Below are positions 1 to 11,626 of a DNA stretch of 64,000 nucleotides, one piece after another. Source of the DNA: Macrostomum hystrix. Lineage: Eukaryota; Animalia; Platyhelminthes. The notes beneath the pieces were generated by a model, which did no database searches, was not told where the DNA came from, and worked only from the letters and a program-made list of their open reading frames with translations. Both the position numbers and the translations under genes were made by a program. Where the stretch lies: positions 2,666,001 to 2,730,000 of the forward strand of contig CATNEN010000007.1 of NCBI GenBank assembly GCA_950097015.1. Reading direction: 5' to 3'. Position 1 is the first letter of the stretch, and every line of letters begins with the position of its first letter.

Positions 1-159
1 ATCTATTTTCCCAACCGTCGGGTGATAGACGGCGACCTGTGCGAGATGTTCAACAACCTGGACCCGGCCAAGCAGAAGGAGATCGCCCAGGAGCTGGACA
101 GAACACCCAGCGAGCTGTCGAAAAAGTTGGAGGACATCCGGACTCGATTTGCCTTCTGA
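1..159 (+). CDS. SF3B3: Splicing factor 3B subunit 3, C-terminal end (5' part lies outside the window)
   Basis: Frame +1 reads IYFPNRRVIDGDLCEMFNNLDPAKQKEIAQELDRTPSELSKKLEDIRTRFAF*, matching the well-known SF3B3/SAP130 C-terminus (VIDGDLCE...ELDRTP.EVSKKLEDIRTRYAF). TGA at 157-159. Not in the ORF track. Confidence 0.95.
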   Translation: MYFPNRRVIDGDLCEMFNNLDPAKQKEIAQELDRTPSELSKKLEDIRTRFAF

Positions 160-324
160 GCACGGCTAGCTCCCACCGAGCCCCCACCGGTGCAGCACCT
201 GACCTGACTCAGTTGCTTCGCTTTTGTAATCAATTTTTGTAGTCCGGACTCGCTCACGTTTCTGTTGTTGTTGCTCCTTTATTTGCTTCAACTGTCCGTT
301 TTTAATTCACTCTCCAAGTGTAGA

Positions 325-828
325 GACTAGGTTGAATGCGGGATATTTAGGAAACTAGATTGAATGCGGGATATTTAGGAAACTAGATTGAATTTGGGAT
401 ATTTAGGAAACTAGATTGAATTTGGGATATTAAGGGAACTAGATTGAATTTGGGATATTTAGGAAACTAGATTGAATGCGGGATATTTAGGAATATAGAT
501 TGAATTTGGGATATTTAGGAAAATAGATTGAATTTGGGATATTTAGGAAAATATATTGAATTTGGGATATTTAGGAAAATATATTGAATTTGGGATATTT
601 AGGAAAATATATTGAATTTGGGATATTAAGGGAACTAGATTGAATTTGGGATATTTAGGAAACTAGATTGAATGCGGGATATTTAGGAAACTAGATTGAA
701 TGCGGGATATTTAGGAAACTAGATTGAATTTGGGATATTTAGGAAACTAGATTGAATGTAGGATATTAAGGGAACTAGATTGAATGTAGGATATTTAGGA
801 AACTAGATTGAATGTGGGATATTTATTG
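325..828. repeat. 28-bp tandem minisatellite (ACTAGATTGAAT(GC/TT)GGGATATTTAGGAA)
   Basis: About 18 near-identical units read directly. Confidence 0.95.
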
Positions 829-1189
829 GATAATTAAAGGTGGGATTAGAATAATGATTTATTACATAGAAATATGAGATTAACAATATGATGTATCAAG
901 GCAAGCAGGTGGTTTGGAATTGCCATGAAACGCTAAGTAGGCATGAAGCTTTAATGTTAATATTGCTGATGAATAAAATAATGGCGCTGGTTCATTTTGG
1001 AATTTGGATTGCAATCATTGACTCGGAGAGAGTAATGCACTGGTCACTCTTTGTCTATTTAAACGTGGCGCTGGCTGTATGCTGATGCATTACATTTCCT
1101 GCGTCCTTAGTTACATTTTTAAAACAATTTCCAAACCGCCTACCGCAGAGTAGTAATCTGCGGTGACTTCGTGTTAAATAAATTTGCAG

Positions 1190-1985
1190 CTAGTTGCATT
1201 CGTTTGCAACAATTACCATACGCAAAACACGCTTTTGCCTTCAAAAATAATTAGCATGGAACTGTGCGCATCGGTTGGTGATAGTCGACCCGCATACAGC
1301 GAGCAGCCAATTCCACTGGCCGCTGAGCACACACAGGCACACGTATGCGTACACAGGCACACTGATGTGTACACAGGCACACGGATGCGTACACAGGCAC
1401 AAAAATGTGTATACAGGCACATGGATGCGTACAGAGGCACACAAATGTGTACACAGGCACACGGATGCGTACACAAGCACAAAAATGTGTATACAGGCAG
1501 ATGGATGCGTACAGAGGCACACAAATGTGTACACAGGCACACGGATGCGTACACAGGCACAAAAATGTGTATACAGGCAGATGGATGCGTACAGAGGCAC
1601 ACAAATGTGTACACAGGCAGATGGATGCGTACAGAGGCACACAAATGTGTACACAGGCACACGGATGCGTACACAGGCACAAAAATGTGTATACAGGCAG
1701 ATGGATGCGTACAGAGGCACACAAATGTGTACACAGGCAGATGGATGCGTACAGAGGCACACAAATGTGTACACAGGCAGATGGATGCGTACACAAGCAT
1801 AGGGATATGTACACAGGCACACTCACTGAGTTCTCACATTTTCTCACACTCAAATCTGCAAGTCTCATCGTCAGGCAGTGTACACTCTCATTGTGCCCTT
1901 GGGATTGACCCTCTGGGGCGTAAAACTGCTGGTCAAGACCCCAATGTGGCCTCGCAGCGGATTCGAGCTCATGAACCTCTCATGC
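1190..1985 (-). mobile_element. tRNA-derived SINE copy with an internal 20-bp minisatellite expansion (~1325-1820)
   Basis: The flanks match the SINE family (gcagccaattcc...gctgagcacac; cgtcaggcagtgtacactctc; aatgtggcctcgcagcggattcgagctca). The middle is ACACAGGCAC+ACGGATGCGT/AAAAATGTGT repeats. Confidence 0.75.
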
Positions 1986-2172
1986 GATAGTCGCTGAAGA
2001 CTATGCGCTTGCTGCTAGTAAATAAATAAACGGAACAAAAGACAACTTCAAGAAAAATTTTCAAAAGATGGTTGAGCCTTCGCTGTCAGGTTTGGCTATA
2101 TAAAATTGATTGGCTATCTAGGCTTTCTGTAGTTACTGTTATATTATTATTATTATTATTATTATTATATTA

Positions 2173-3520
2173 TTATGTTATATTATTCTGATTCGAAACA
2201 ATTAGGTTATTCAAAACATTATTAGGGTTTGCATAGATAGTAATTGTACAATTATTCCTATTTGTATACGATACCAGAGGATAGACGGTATTTACTTTTT
2301 CATTTTCATTTTCATTTTCATTTTCGTTTTCATTTTCATTGTTTTCTGAAATTACATTTCGATCTATTTCATTAAGCTGATTTTGAATCTTTTGACTCAG
2401 TTCTTTAACTCCTAAGTCACTTGTTTTCTGCCAAAGATCGATACAAACGACATCGAAAAGCGCCATCAGAAACCGGCTACCGTCCGTCTCCTGCCAGCGG
2501 CTTGCATATCCGTACTGACTGCTGTAGATGGCGGAGCAGTTAGACAGATCCTGGGGCAGGTAGGCTCCGTCTCGTCCATTGCTCAGCACAGGGTTGGATT
2601 GCTTATCACTCCACTCCGAGGTGCCCCTACAAGCAGAATAGAACACCACAACCTGGTCGGCTTTTCCACTAAGAGGCCACACAATGTCGCGCAGTTTCAC
2701 AACGTCCCCTGGAGCTGTCAAGAAGCCATTCTTATCGCCATGAGATGAGACAAACAGAAAGATTTTTTCCTTAATAGAGTCCCTTGGCAGTCCCTCAATG
2801 GCGTCTTTCACGAACTGGACAACTCCCGCCTCTGGGCGATCGGTAGCTGGATACTCAAACAGCAACTGGCATCCGAAGGCTTCGCTGACACGTCTGATGT
2901 AGTATCGGTCATTCTCGTATCCCTCGGTACAAGCCCTGGTGTCGTTTCCGTTCGCATTCTCGATAACGATGGATATTGATATGTAACCAGTAGTTTTGGG
3001 CTGAACCCTTGGCCATTGGTCTGAAAGATTTGATGGGTTTTATAGGCAAAGAACTGATTATAAGTTCTGTCTTGTTATTCCAAGTTCTTAAACTTGGACG
3101 CGCAGGACCTACCTTCTCTTATGTTGTCAATCTGCGAATCGAGATCTTCTTTATTTTGCACTGGCCAATCTCTGTGGGATTTAAAACGTTGATAGAAGAT
3201 AAATTTCCTTCTAATGTGATAATCGAAAATACTTTAGAAATTACTCACGATTTCCTGCGCAGATCCGGACTGCCGTCACTGTGAACTGGGACTGGTGGAA
3301 GTCCGAGGTCATTGTGCTCGGTGAGCAAATCACCCAGTGCCATGGGTGCGGGCTCGGACTTCTGACGCTGAAGTCTCTGGCCGCCGTGCTGGCGATCCGG
3401 GCTCTGCGCTTCCGTCTCTGCGTCAACGCGACCGAGTCGCTGTCCCCCGGAGTCCAGGGGTTGGGCCGCCCCCTCGGAACTTACGTCGTCCAAGAGGGCG
3501 GCCCCGATGCATTCCTTTAT
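2173..3520 (-). CDS. Caspase-like protease 1 (C14), multi-exon, 5' end unresolved
   Basis: Contains FLFVSSHG and VVFYSACRG (catalytic His/Cys). Predicted exons ~3520-3249, 3210-3113 and 3020-2173, with GT-AG introns 3248-3211 (phase 2) and 3112-3021 (phase 1) that keep the frame. An (NE)n tract comes from a TTTTCA microsatellite near 2300-2340. Confidence 0.8.
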
Positions 3521-4759
3521 TTGTAGGTTAAGTAGTTGGTTTTGTTCTGGAGAGTATGTGTTGCTCATTCTCTCGTTACTGCCTGAGTTTCAAATTGCTT
3601 TCTAATATAGCATTGTGGGCCAGGCTTGTGGGCAGAATGGAGTTGGAATCGATTTGCTGTACTTCCCGGACTGTTGTACACTCTACCATCGCTGTACAGT
3701 CGAATGCCCTGTTATTGTGCTCGCTTTCAGATAGAGCTATTACCTATAGATTTGCTAAGAGTTGTCACTTCTCCATTGTCTCTCATTGTGCTTGTTGGTT
3801 TTGCGCGCCCTCTGACTGCACTTCTGGTTGGCTCGCTCTTCGTATCTCTTTCCTCGCTCCTCATTTCCTCTCTTACCCAACCCGTCCTGGCCCGTTCTGC
3901 AAAAGTACAGAGTTGTTGGCAGAAAGGTGGGATGAGCAAACACTCTGTGAGCTGTCACCATGGAAACGGGTATCCAAGGGAGTGACTTTCGAGAGTTTCA
4001 GTTTTGAACTACATGCAGCCAATTTTAAATTTCTGGCATCAAATCCCGACACTTTGTTTGTGACAGATTTGGTTGTTTGTTTTCAACCAGTTTCGACAAA
4101 CTACGATTAAAATTATTCGACAGTTTGCATACATTTCCAACAAACAGTCGATCAGTTCTAACAAGTGCCTAACAACTGTCGTTAGAAAATCAAACTGACG
4201 TCCACAATTCCACCCCGCGTTTTATGTACTGAACATTCTACTACTAAGAGTAGGAAGTAAAACCTTCTTGAGAATTCTAAGGGGCAGTTGCAAAAAACAC
4301 GACAAACTCAACAAACTCAAAAAACAAGCCGCTTGTCTTGATTTTCGTCTTGACTGTTACGGACGATAACAACAAACATAAAAAATAAGAAAAAGTAATA
4401 ATAAAGTACAATAAAATGAAAGTTTCTCTATCTTTCTGATATAAACACTCGGCATATTGCACCAAAAATTGTACTTACCAAGATCTGTTTGTCATCAATA
4501 TTGCTACAAATGAAGTAAAGCATATTACAAATGAAATGAAATATTGCTACAAATGTTGACAAACATTTCATTGTTTTTCCAGTAGCTTTGTTTGTTTGAT
4601 CGCATTAAAAATGGCATCGGACTGGACTATCGGGAAATGCAGTACCGAAAGTCACCGAAGTCCGATGCTATCAACGAAGCTTTCGATACTTCGATAGCAA
4701 CAAGGTGCAGACAAAGAATGCATTGGGTAAATTTTTTGGCAAACAGCCAAAACATCAGC

Positions 4760-7436
4760 TTACGAATGTGAGTTCATGGCAAAATGAATCTGCACGAATG
4801 ACTTGACTTGCGTCTTCTGACATTTGAAAACTCCATTGCCAGTAATATTTCGCATCTCCACTTGCACCCTTTCAGCCAGTCTAATGAACTTCTCTGGATC
4901 GTTCAAGTCATCTGGCGCAAAGTCCTGCAAGGCGTCTCTAAGAGCTCGTAGCAACAGGCCGCCAGTTTCCGCGCTCGAGTAGCTGGCGTATCCGGGGCAG
5001 CTGGCGAAGATTGCCGAGCAGTCGGGCACGTTCTGGGGCAGCGAACTGCCAACGCTGTCTGCAATAGGAAAGCTGAAGCCTTCTAACTCGGTGCTGAGAG
5101 TGTGAACGTCCACATAGTGTCGTCTGGTGCCTCGGCAGGACTGATAAAACACTTTGACACTAGCCGCAAAGTTTTTGAGCTCTTGGACCAACTGCGAAAG
5201 CTGCTCGTTCCGTCCATCAGATAGAACGAATCCCTTTGGGGTGCCGTGCGCAGAAATGCAGAGGTACAATTGAGCAATGTCCTCTTGCTGACTACGAGAT
5301 CGTATCCTAGTAATCAGTGAACCGATGTCGGATTTTACAACGTAGCCGTTATTGGTACGAGCCGTACAATAGAGGTTGTTTTCATTACGAGTACAGCCAA
5401 GCATTCTAGCGATTTCAGTAAAATTATCTGCGTCTTTCTCGCAGCCTGGTCTGTTCTCAAGGTCCAGTCCTGACCGACTGTAGTCTTGTACAAACACGCC
5501 CACGGCAACCGAAATTTTCGGGTGCAATTCCAAGCTTCTTGGCAGCAGATTTCCATTTTCCAGAGGCGAACCGCCCGGCAACTCAGCTGCTGTCACAACT
5601 GGAAGATCCACAAGCCTTCGAAAGCTTACAGACAGGCCTCTTGGCAGACCATTCACCCGTGTCTGCTGGAGACCTCGGCGCTGCAGCTCGATAAGGAATT
5701 CGTGAGTTGATGGCTGAGTTGTCCGGTCATATACGAAACGAATAAGACCACACAGGTGATTGGGCAGATCACGCCATAAATCGCGCACAGCATTGAATCG
5801 GTACACCATCAGGCCGCTTAAATGCGAACTATCTCTGTTCCATATATCATTTAGGGCCTGCGAGCTGTACCTGGCAGTAAAAGAGGGGTGATTCAAACGA
5901 CTTTACAACACTGATTAGCTGCCTCAAGGGAAAAGGCTTGAGGACTTGTGCACTTTACGACCATGAGGGCCAACCCTCAAGGCCACAGTGAGACGTAAAT
6001 GTACACTGATGTCAGGAAGATGTACACAACCAGTGTGTCAGCGCACGCGTCAGTGTGCATGTCTTTTCGGTCAGCAAAATGGACAGAATTGTCTCTTTGC
6101 TGGCTGCGGGTCGTTTTTCGCAAAATAATGCATCTGATTCCACAGCCTACTGCAATTACCACACTGAAGCACTTCGAAGCAATAAATATGCATTCTCATG
6201 ATGACAAAAAATTCAGAAGCACTCACCGCGAAGCATTCTCGCTTTTCAGCAACTCAATTCGAAAAACGAGCAGAAAGAATTCAACATAGAACAGATCGTG
6301 TCGCCGATTTCTCGGAATGCAGCTGTAAAGGTCGCTCTCTCGCACCCTTGTACCGCCCAACAGCGGCGTGTCCTGCGCATCAGCTAGCAGGCCAAGCAGC
6401 AGCCATCTGGTGCTGGAAGAATTTGCTGCAAATAAGTAGGTTTCCACTGCAGCTCGGTACTCCTCCATGCTGCTGATCGGAGCTGCTGCTATTCTGATCC
6501 TCCCAGGGAGAAGAATATTCGCGACTTCCCTGAATGGACTGAGAACAAGCATCTGCAGATTGACAAGATTGTCGGCAACCTCGTTGACTGGAACTATTCC
6601 GCTGGTTAGCGCCTGAGGTTGATGTCGTTCTGAAATAAAAAATAATTTTGTAGTCGGTACTTCATTACTTGGATGCTTTATATTTTTAGGCGCGTCTGAG
6701 AAACTGTCTGGCTCCAAGATTTGTATGGTGCTTATGGCAATGATATTACGAGTAATTATGAGGCTGTAGCTAAATGAACCCATAATGTGTCATAGGACAT
6801 AAGATGAAGGGATGGGTTAGCGAACTCAAATATGCCGCCTCCAATTTGCAGGAGGGCTGTGGGCGATGGCACACCATTTGGTGACAATAGACCTGCAGCC
6901 AGCGAGGAGTCAATTCTGCCCATTTCGCTGACTTTTGAGCACACACGCACACAGATACCGCATGCAGGAACACGCTCACACAGAGTAGTGTACATCTGCC
7001 CTGACTTTCTCATCGTCTCATCATCAAGTTGGAGGTTGGCCCTCATAGGCGTAATTTGCACGAAAAACCCCCAAGCCTTCTCTGCGTGGCTGCGCTCTAA
7101 ATGAATGTGGCCTCGCCGCGGAATCGAGCTCAGGGACCTTGGTGAGAGACGCATTCTTGAAAACGCGTGAACACTTTGCCACTCAACCCCATGCCACCTC
7201 TCACGAAGGTGCCAAAAATATCATGTACAATTTGTTTTGTCTCTAAGATACTCATAGCAGATTAAGATCCGAATATTTAAAGCTCATAAATGCGCCATGC
7301 TTGAAATATTAAACTGACCTTGCAGCTCCAGCTGTGGAGTGATGCTGGCGCCACCCACAGAATCAGCGGCGCCGTCCTGAGCTCTTTGCCGACCATCAGG
7401 CAGCTCATCCCGGTCCTGGTTGCCTGAATGCTTCAT
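4760..7436 (-). CDS. Caspase-like protease 2 (~553 aa), pseudocaspase + caspase architecture
   Basis: Exons 7436-7319, 6629-6227 and 5900-4760 (phases 1 and 2; 1662 nt in total). Motifs ISAHG, FYQSCRG, SAIFASCPGYASY. Confidence 0.85.
5931..6155 (+). mobile_element. 5'-truncated SINE copy in intron 2 of caspase-like 2
   Basis: Body matches the family (aaggcttgagg...gggccaaccctcaagg...aaatggacagaatt...gctggctgcgggtc...ccacagcc). Confidence 0.65.
6840..7160 (-). mobile_element. SINE copy in intron 1 of caspase-like 2
   Basis: ttgcaggagggctgtgggc...gcagccagcgaggagtcaattctgcc...gtggcctcgccgcggaatcgagctcagggaccttggtg. Confidence 0.85.
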
Positions 7437-7965
7437 TTCGCTGCAATGCTTCTCAAATTTTTTCTCTCTTTGCTTCGAACAGAAATCGATTCTGCTGCAA
7501 AAATAATTACGAAGAAAGATAAAGTAAGAAGAATTTTCGTGTTTCAGTGCTTTAAAGAGCAAAATGTTTTGTACCTTAGCTACAATGTACGCGGCAGCAA
7601 AGTCAGCAAGTGTACTTGGAGCTCTGTCTATATCAGTGTAGCATTCAACATAACAGAAATTCAATGACTGTACACTTAAGCCCGACTCCTCTAATCTACA
7701 GAAACTGCACTAGCTACAGCAGAGGAAGGTTCAGTCTTGACTGACTCAAAGTATAAGACCGTACAGTTGTACAGACCGTACTCATAGTTTTGCATTGTCC
7801 TCGAGCTCATTGCTGCAACCAGTGTATTTTTTCGGACTCTAAGTGGAATTAAAAGGACGTCTGTAAGAAGAAAACTATATAAATGGTGAGAGCGAAGGGA
7901 AAGCCACAATTACAATGCACTATAATGCTTTAAGCTCAGTATGCAAAAGTGTAACTTGCACACTC

Positions 7966-10429
7966 TTATGGAAGATGCACAATGAACTGGATCTGTAATA
8001 TTGCCACTTTTTTCTCCTGAAGTGTAACGCGCCCATCATTAGTAAGAGCTCGCATCACTGCTTGAACTTTCTCAGCCAGCTCCCTAAAGTTCTCTGGATT
8101 GGTCAGGTCAAATTCAAATGGAAAGCTCTCCACTGCGATGCTGAGAGCGTGCAGCAGCCAGCCGCCAGTCTCTGCGCTTGAGTAGCTGGCGTATCCGGGA
8201 CAGCTGGCGAAGATTGCAGAGCAGGAGCAGTCGGGCCAGGTCTGTGGCAGCGAGCTTCCGACACCGCTTTGATTGGTTAGGCTCAAGCCGTCCAGCTCGG
8301 TGCATATCTCATCCAGGTGATTGTTGTCGCCCCGGCATGGTTGGTAAAAGACTGTCACGTGACTCGCTATCGTCTTCAGTGACAGCACTAGTTCAGAAAG
8401 CGGCACAGTCCGTCCGTCGGAAGTGATGAAGCCACCCGGCTCACCGTGTGCCGATATGAACAGATAAACTTGTTTAAATGGAATCCTCAAGGTCCTAATA
8501 AGACTCTCTCGAAATAGTTCATAGTTATTAATTGTAATAGAACCAGTGCTCTGATTGAAGAGCATGTAAGTATCTTTGAGTGAGCAGCCAAGCAGGCGTG
8601 ATATTTTCTTGCAGTGCTCTAGGTCCGCTTTGCAGCCCGGTCTGTCAGCTAGTTGGCGTCCGGTGCGGTTGTAGGTCTGCACAAACACTCCCACCGCCAA
8701 CAGGTCGCGTCTAGCAGGTGCGTCTAGTATCTGGGGATATGTGGCCAGCCTACTGTCCTCTGTGGAAGCTGAGTTAATTGGCAAACCTCTGGGCAGCGCC
8801 GTAACCAGCAGATACTGCAGGCCGAAACTCGACAGCTGGTCCAACACGAAGTCGTCCAGGTCAGCCGGGTCGGTTGGCATTATTGATATTGTGGAGGCCA
8901 GGGCTAGAAGATGATCATTCAGGTGCGCCCAGTCAACAGTCCAAGGAATTCCGAATCGATGCACCTCCAGGCCGCTCAGTCCTGAAACGCTGCTCCACTC
9001 TGCACGCCTGTCAACAAGTGGATATAGTTATATTTGTTCTTCAGTTATTCATGATATTTTTTCGTGACAATTTTACGCATTGAATAAAGCAACGTTTCTT
9101 TAAAGACGCTGGGTGGTCTCGTGTGCCGGTTTCTGGGTTACATGATGAGCCTCATCTTATTAAGGCTAAGTGGCAGGGGTTTACCTGTCGCACCAAGGTC
9201 CCTGAGCTCGATTCCGCGGCGACGTCACTTTAGTTTGGGGCGCAGCAATGGAGAAAATACTCGGGGCTTGTCGTTCAATTTATGCCCGGCCGACTTACAA
9301 GGGACTGAGAGTGTGAGCTCACTGTAGAGGGCAGATGTAAACAATGTCTGAGTGTGGTCTGCATAAATTTTATGTGCCCATCTGTGCTCAGGAGTCAGCG
9401 GAGTGAATGAAATTGCCTGTCGCTGGCTGCAGGTCTGCTGTCACCACATTTATGTGCCATTGCCCACAGCCCGCAGACATGTTATTATTATGACGAACCT
9501 CACAGGAAGTAGCGTGGCAGGAGACGCTCTGCTTGGTAATTGACGGCCGAGCTGAAAGATTCTGACTCCGGCCAGGCCGCTTTGATTGGTCGCAGGGATG
9601 CAGTTGTACAGGTCGGTCTCTCGCACCCGGCCTCCCATGACCGGCCACCCATCGCAGTCTATCAGCAGGACATGCAGCAGCCACCTACTGCCGGAATGGC
9701 TGGCAACACTGAGACCTTCGATAACAGCGGACTGGTAGTCCGCGAGGCTGGCGATGCGTCTCAGTTCAACCGTGGCGGTACGGACCAGTGGAAATCGGAT
9801 CCGAGTCCTCTGAAATGCTGGACTCAGTACTAGCACCTGCAGACTGACTGCGCTGGATGAAGCCTCGCTGATTGGGAATGTGCCAGTGCTCAGCTGTTGA
9901 ACCTCAAACATCTCTGCAATGGGAGCACGATGTGGATCCTCATGAGAAAGCTCATAAATGTGGAAACCCATGAGATTTCTGATTTTCTGAAACTGAATCA
10001 ATGGGTAAGAAGCTTTCTAATGTGACTTTTTTTAATAATTCGTTTATTTAGCTTATAGACTGGCCAGTTTTGCACACTTTCCGGGAATACAAACAAATTT
10101 TTTATTTCCTCTATGTTTCTTAAGTCTGATTTGCGTTTTCCAGCCGCTATTTTAGCGAATGCTCAACTCATCTCAATGCTCAATCGAATCTTAATACAAC
10201 AGTATTAATGGCAGCTTTGACATGATCACATAGCAACAATGTCATTGCGATAATCTAATTTAGCAAAAACTAATCTGAATGGTTGGACCGCAAGCTCACC
10301 TGTTTGTTCCAACTCCAGTGGAGTGACATTGCTGATTTCCTGATCAGCAGTGGAGCTCGGACTTCTCTGCCGCCCTCCGGTCGCGCCCGCCGTCAGCTTC
10401 TCCTGGTCCGGCTTGTTCGGATGACTCAT
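7966..10429 (-). CDS. Caspase-like protease 3 (~528 aa), pseudocaspase + caspase architecture
   Basis: Exons 10429-10300, 9913-9499 and 9007-7966, with the same intron phases (1, 2) as gene 2. Motifs ISAHG, FYQPCRG, linker ICTELDG, SAIFASCPGYASY. Confidence 0.85.
9165..9492 (+). mobile_element. SINE copy in intron 2 of caspase-like 3
   Basis: Head ...cgcaccaaggtccctgagctcgattccgcggcga, a body matching the family, and a (TTA)n tail at ~9481-9491. Confidence 0.8.
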
Positions 10430-11221
10430 TGCAGCGCGCTACTGATGCCGTCTACAATGACCAGCGAGTGTCTTGCTCTTTTCCTAAGTTTCAAATGTAG
10501 TCTCTCATACATTGGAATAAATACATGCCCGTCAGTTGTTAAAAATAACAATTGCCGATGTACATCGCACTGAGCTGTGGAGACAAAAAAAATTGTTGCT
10601 TTTGTGACCGCAATTTGGTTTTGGTGTACACTTGACCAGACATATCTGGACAGACAGAAAAAAGAAAAAATCTTAAAGTACTGGTTGAATACCAAGTGCA
10701 TACTCATTGGAGTGCTAATTTCTGCACTAAACGGTGAGTCACTGCAAGCTAAGTACACAAGTCGAGTACGCAAAAGAGAAGTTTGAATCAGGTGTAAAGC
10801 AGTATTTTGATTGTTAGTTTTATATATGCGCTGATATTTTTAGATTTGTCACTGCATCATAAATGTACTCATAATATACCTAATAAAGAAAAGTAAAAAA
10901 CTGTTGCTTTGATAAAGCAGCTTGCGGAATAAATGTTTCACGTATTTTTGCACACAGCGACATTAGAATCGACTAGAAGGGCAAGAAGAATTGCAGCGAA
11001 AAATTCCAAAGTTTTTTTACTAACGGTAAACAAAAAATGCTCAGGGGAAAATGCTGAAATTATCAGCTATTGAAGACAAGTTTCAGATATCCTTTTTTAA
11101 TTCGAAGGACAAAAGGACAGAAGGACTGCGGATGCAATCATGACATTGGTATAACGATATGTACAGTGATGCACTTATGTTTATGTTTATGTATGTGCAT
11201 TTATGTTTATACGCTTGCGAA

Positions 11222-11392
11222 AGAGCAACAATAAGAAACAACAGGAAACAACAACGAACAACAAACAAAAACAACAAACAAAAAATAACAACAAACAACA
11301 AAAAACAAGAACAAACAAAAAACAACAAAAAACAACAACAAACAAGAACAAACGACAACAAAAAACAACAAACAACAACAAAAAACAACAAA
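11222..11392. repeat. AAC/AACA-rich low-complexity microsatellite
   Basis: Read directly. It produces the spurious K/N/Q/T-rich and F/L/V/C-rich ORFs here. Confidence 0.9.
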
Positions 11393-11626
11393 GGACTGCT
11401 CCCACAGCCGTGCAGTGGCCAAAAAGGAGGGAAGAGTCAGAGAGCGCGTCTATGGGTCAGCGACATAATTGAGGCGAACGTGCGCTGTGTCTCTGTCCTT
11501 AGCGATGCCGTGCAGGTTAAACATTTGATGAATTAGTAAAAATAAAATGCTGATAAGCTTATACACGTGGCGACATTGCAGGGATTTCGCGTTTGTCAGC
11601 AAGGTGGTTAATAAAATCGTAAGTTC

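Noticed and set aside
1184-1990. Five overlapping Cys/His-rich ORFs
   Set aside because: They are translations of the 20-bp repeat inside a SINE.
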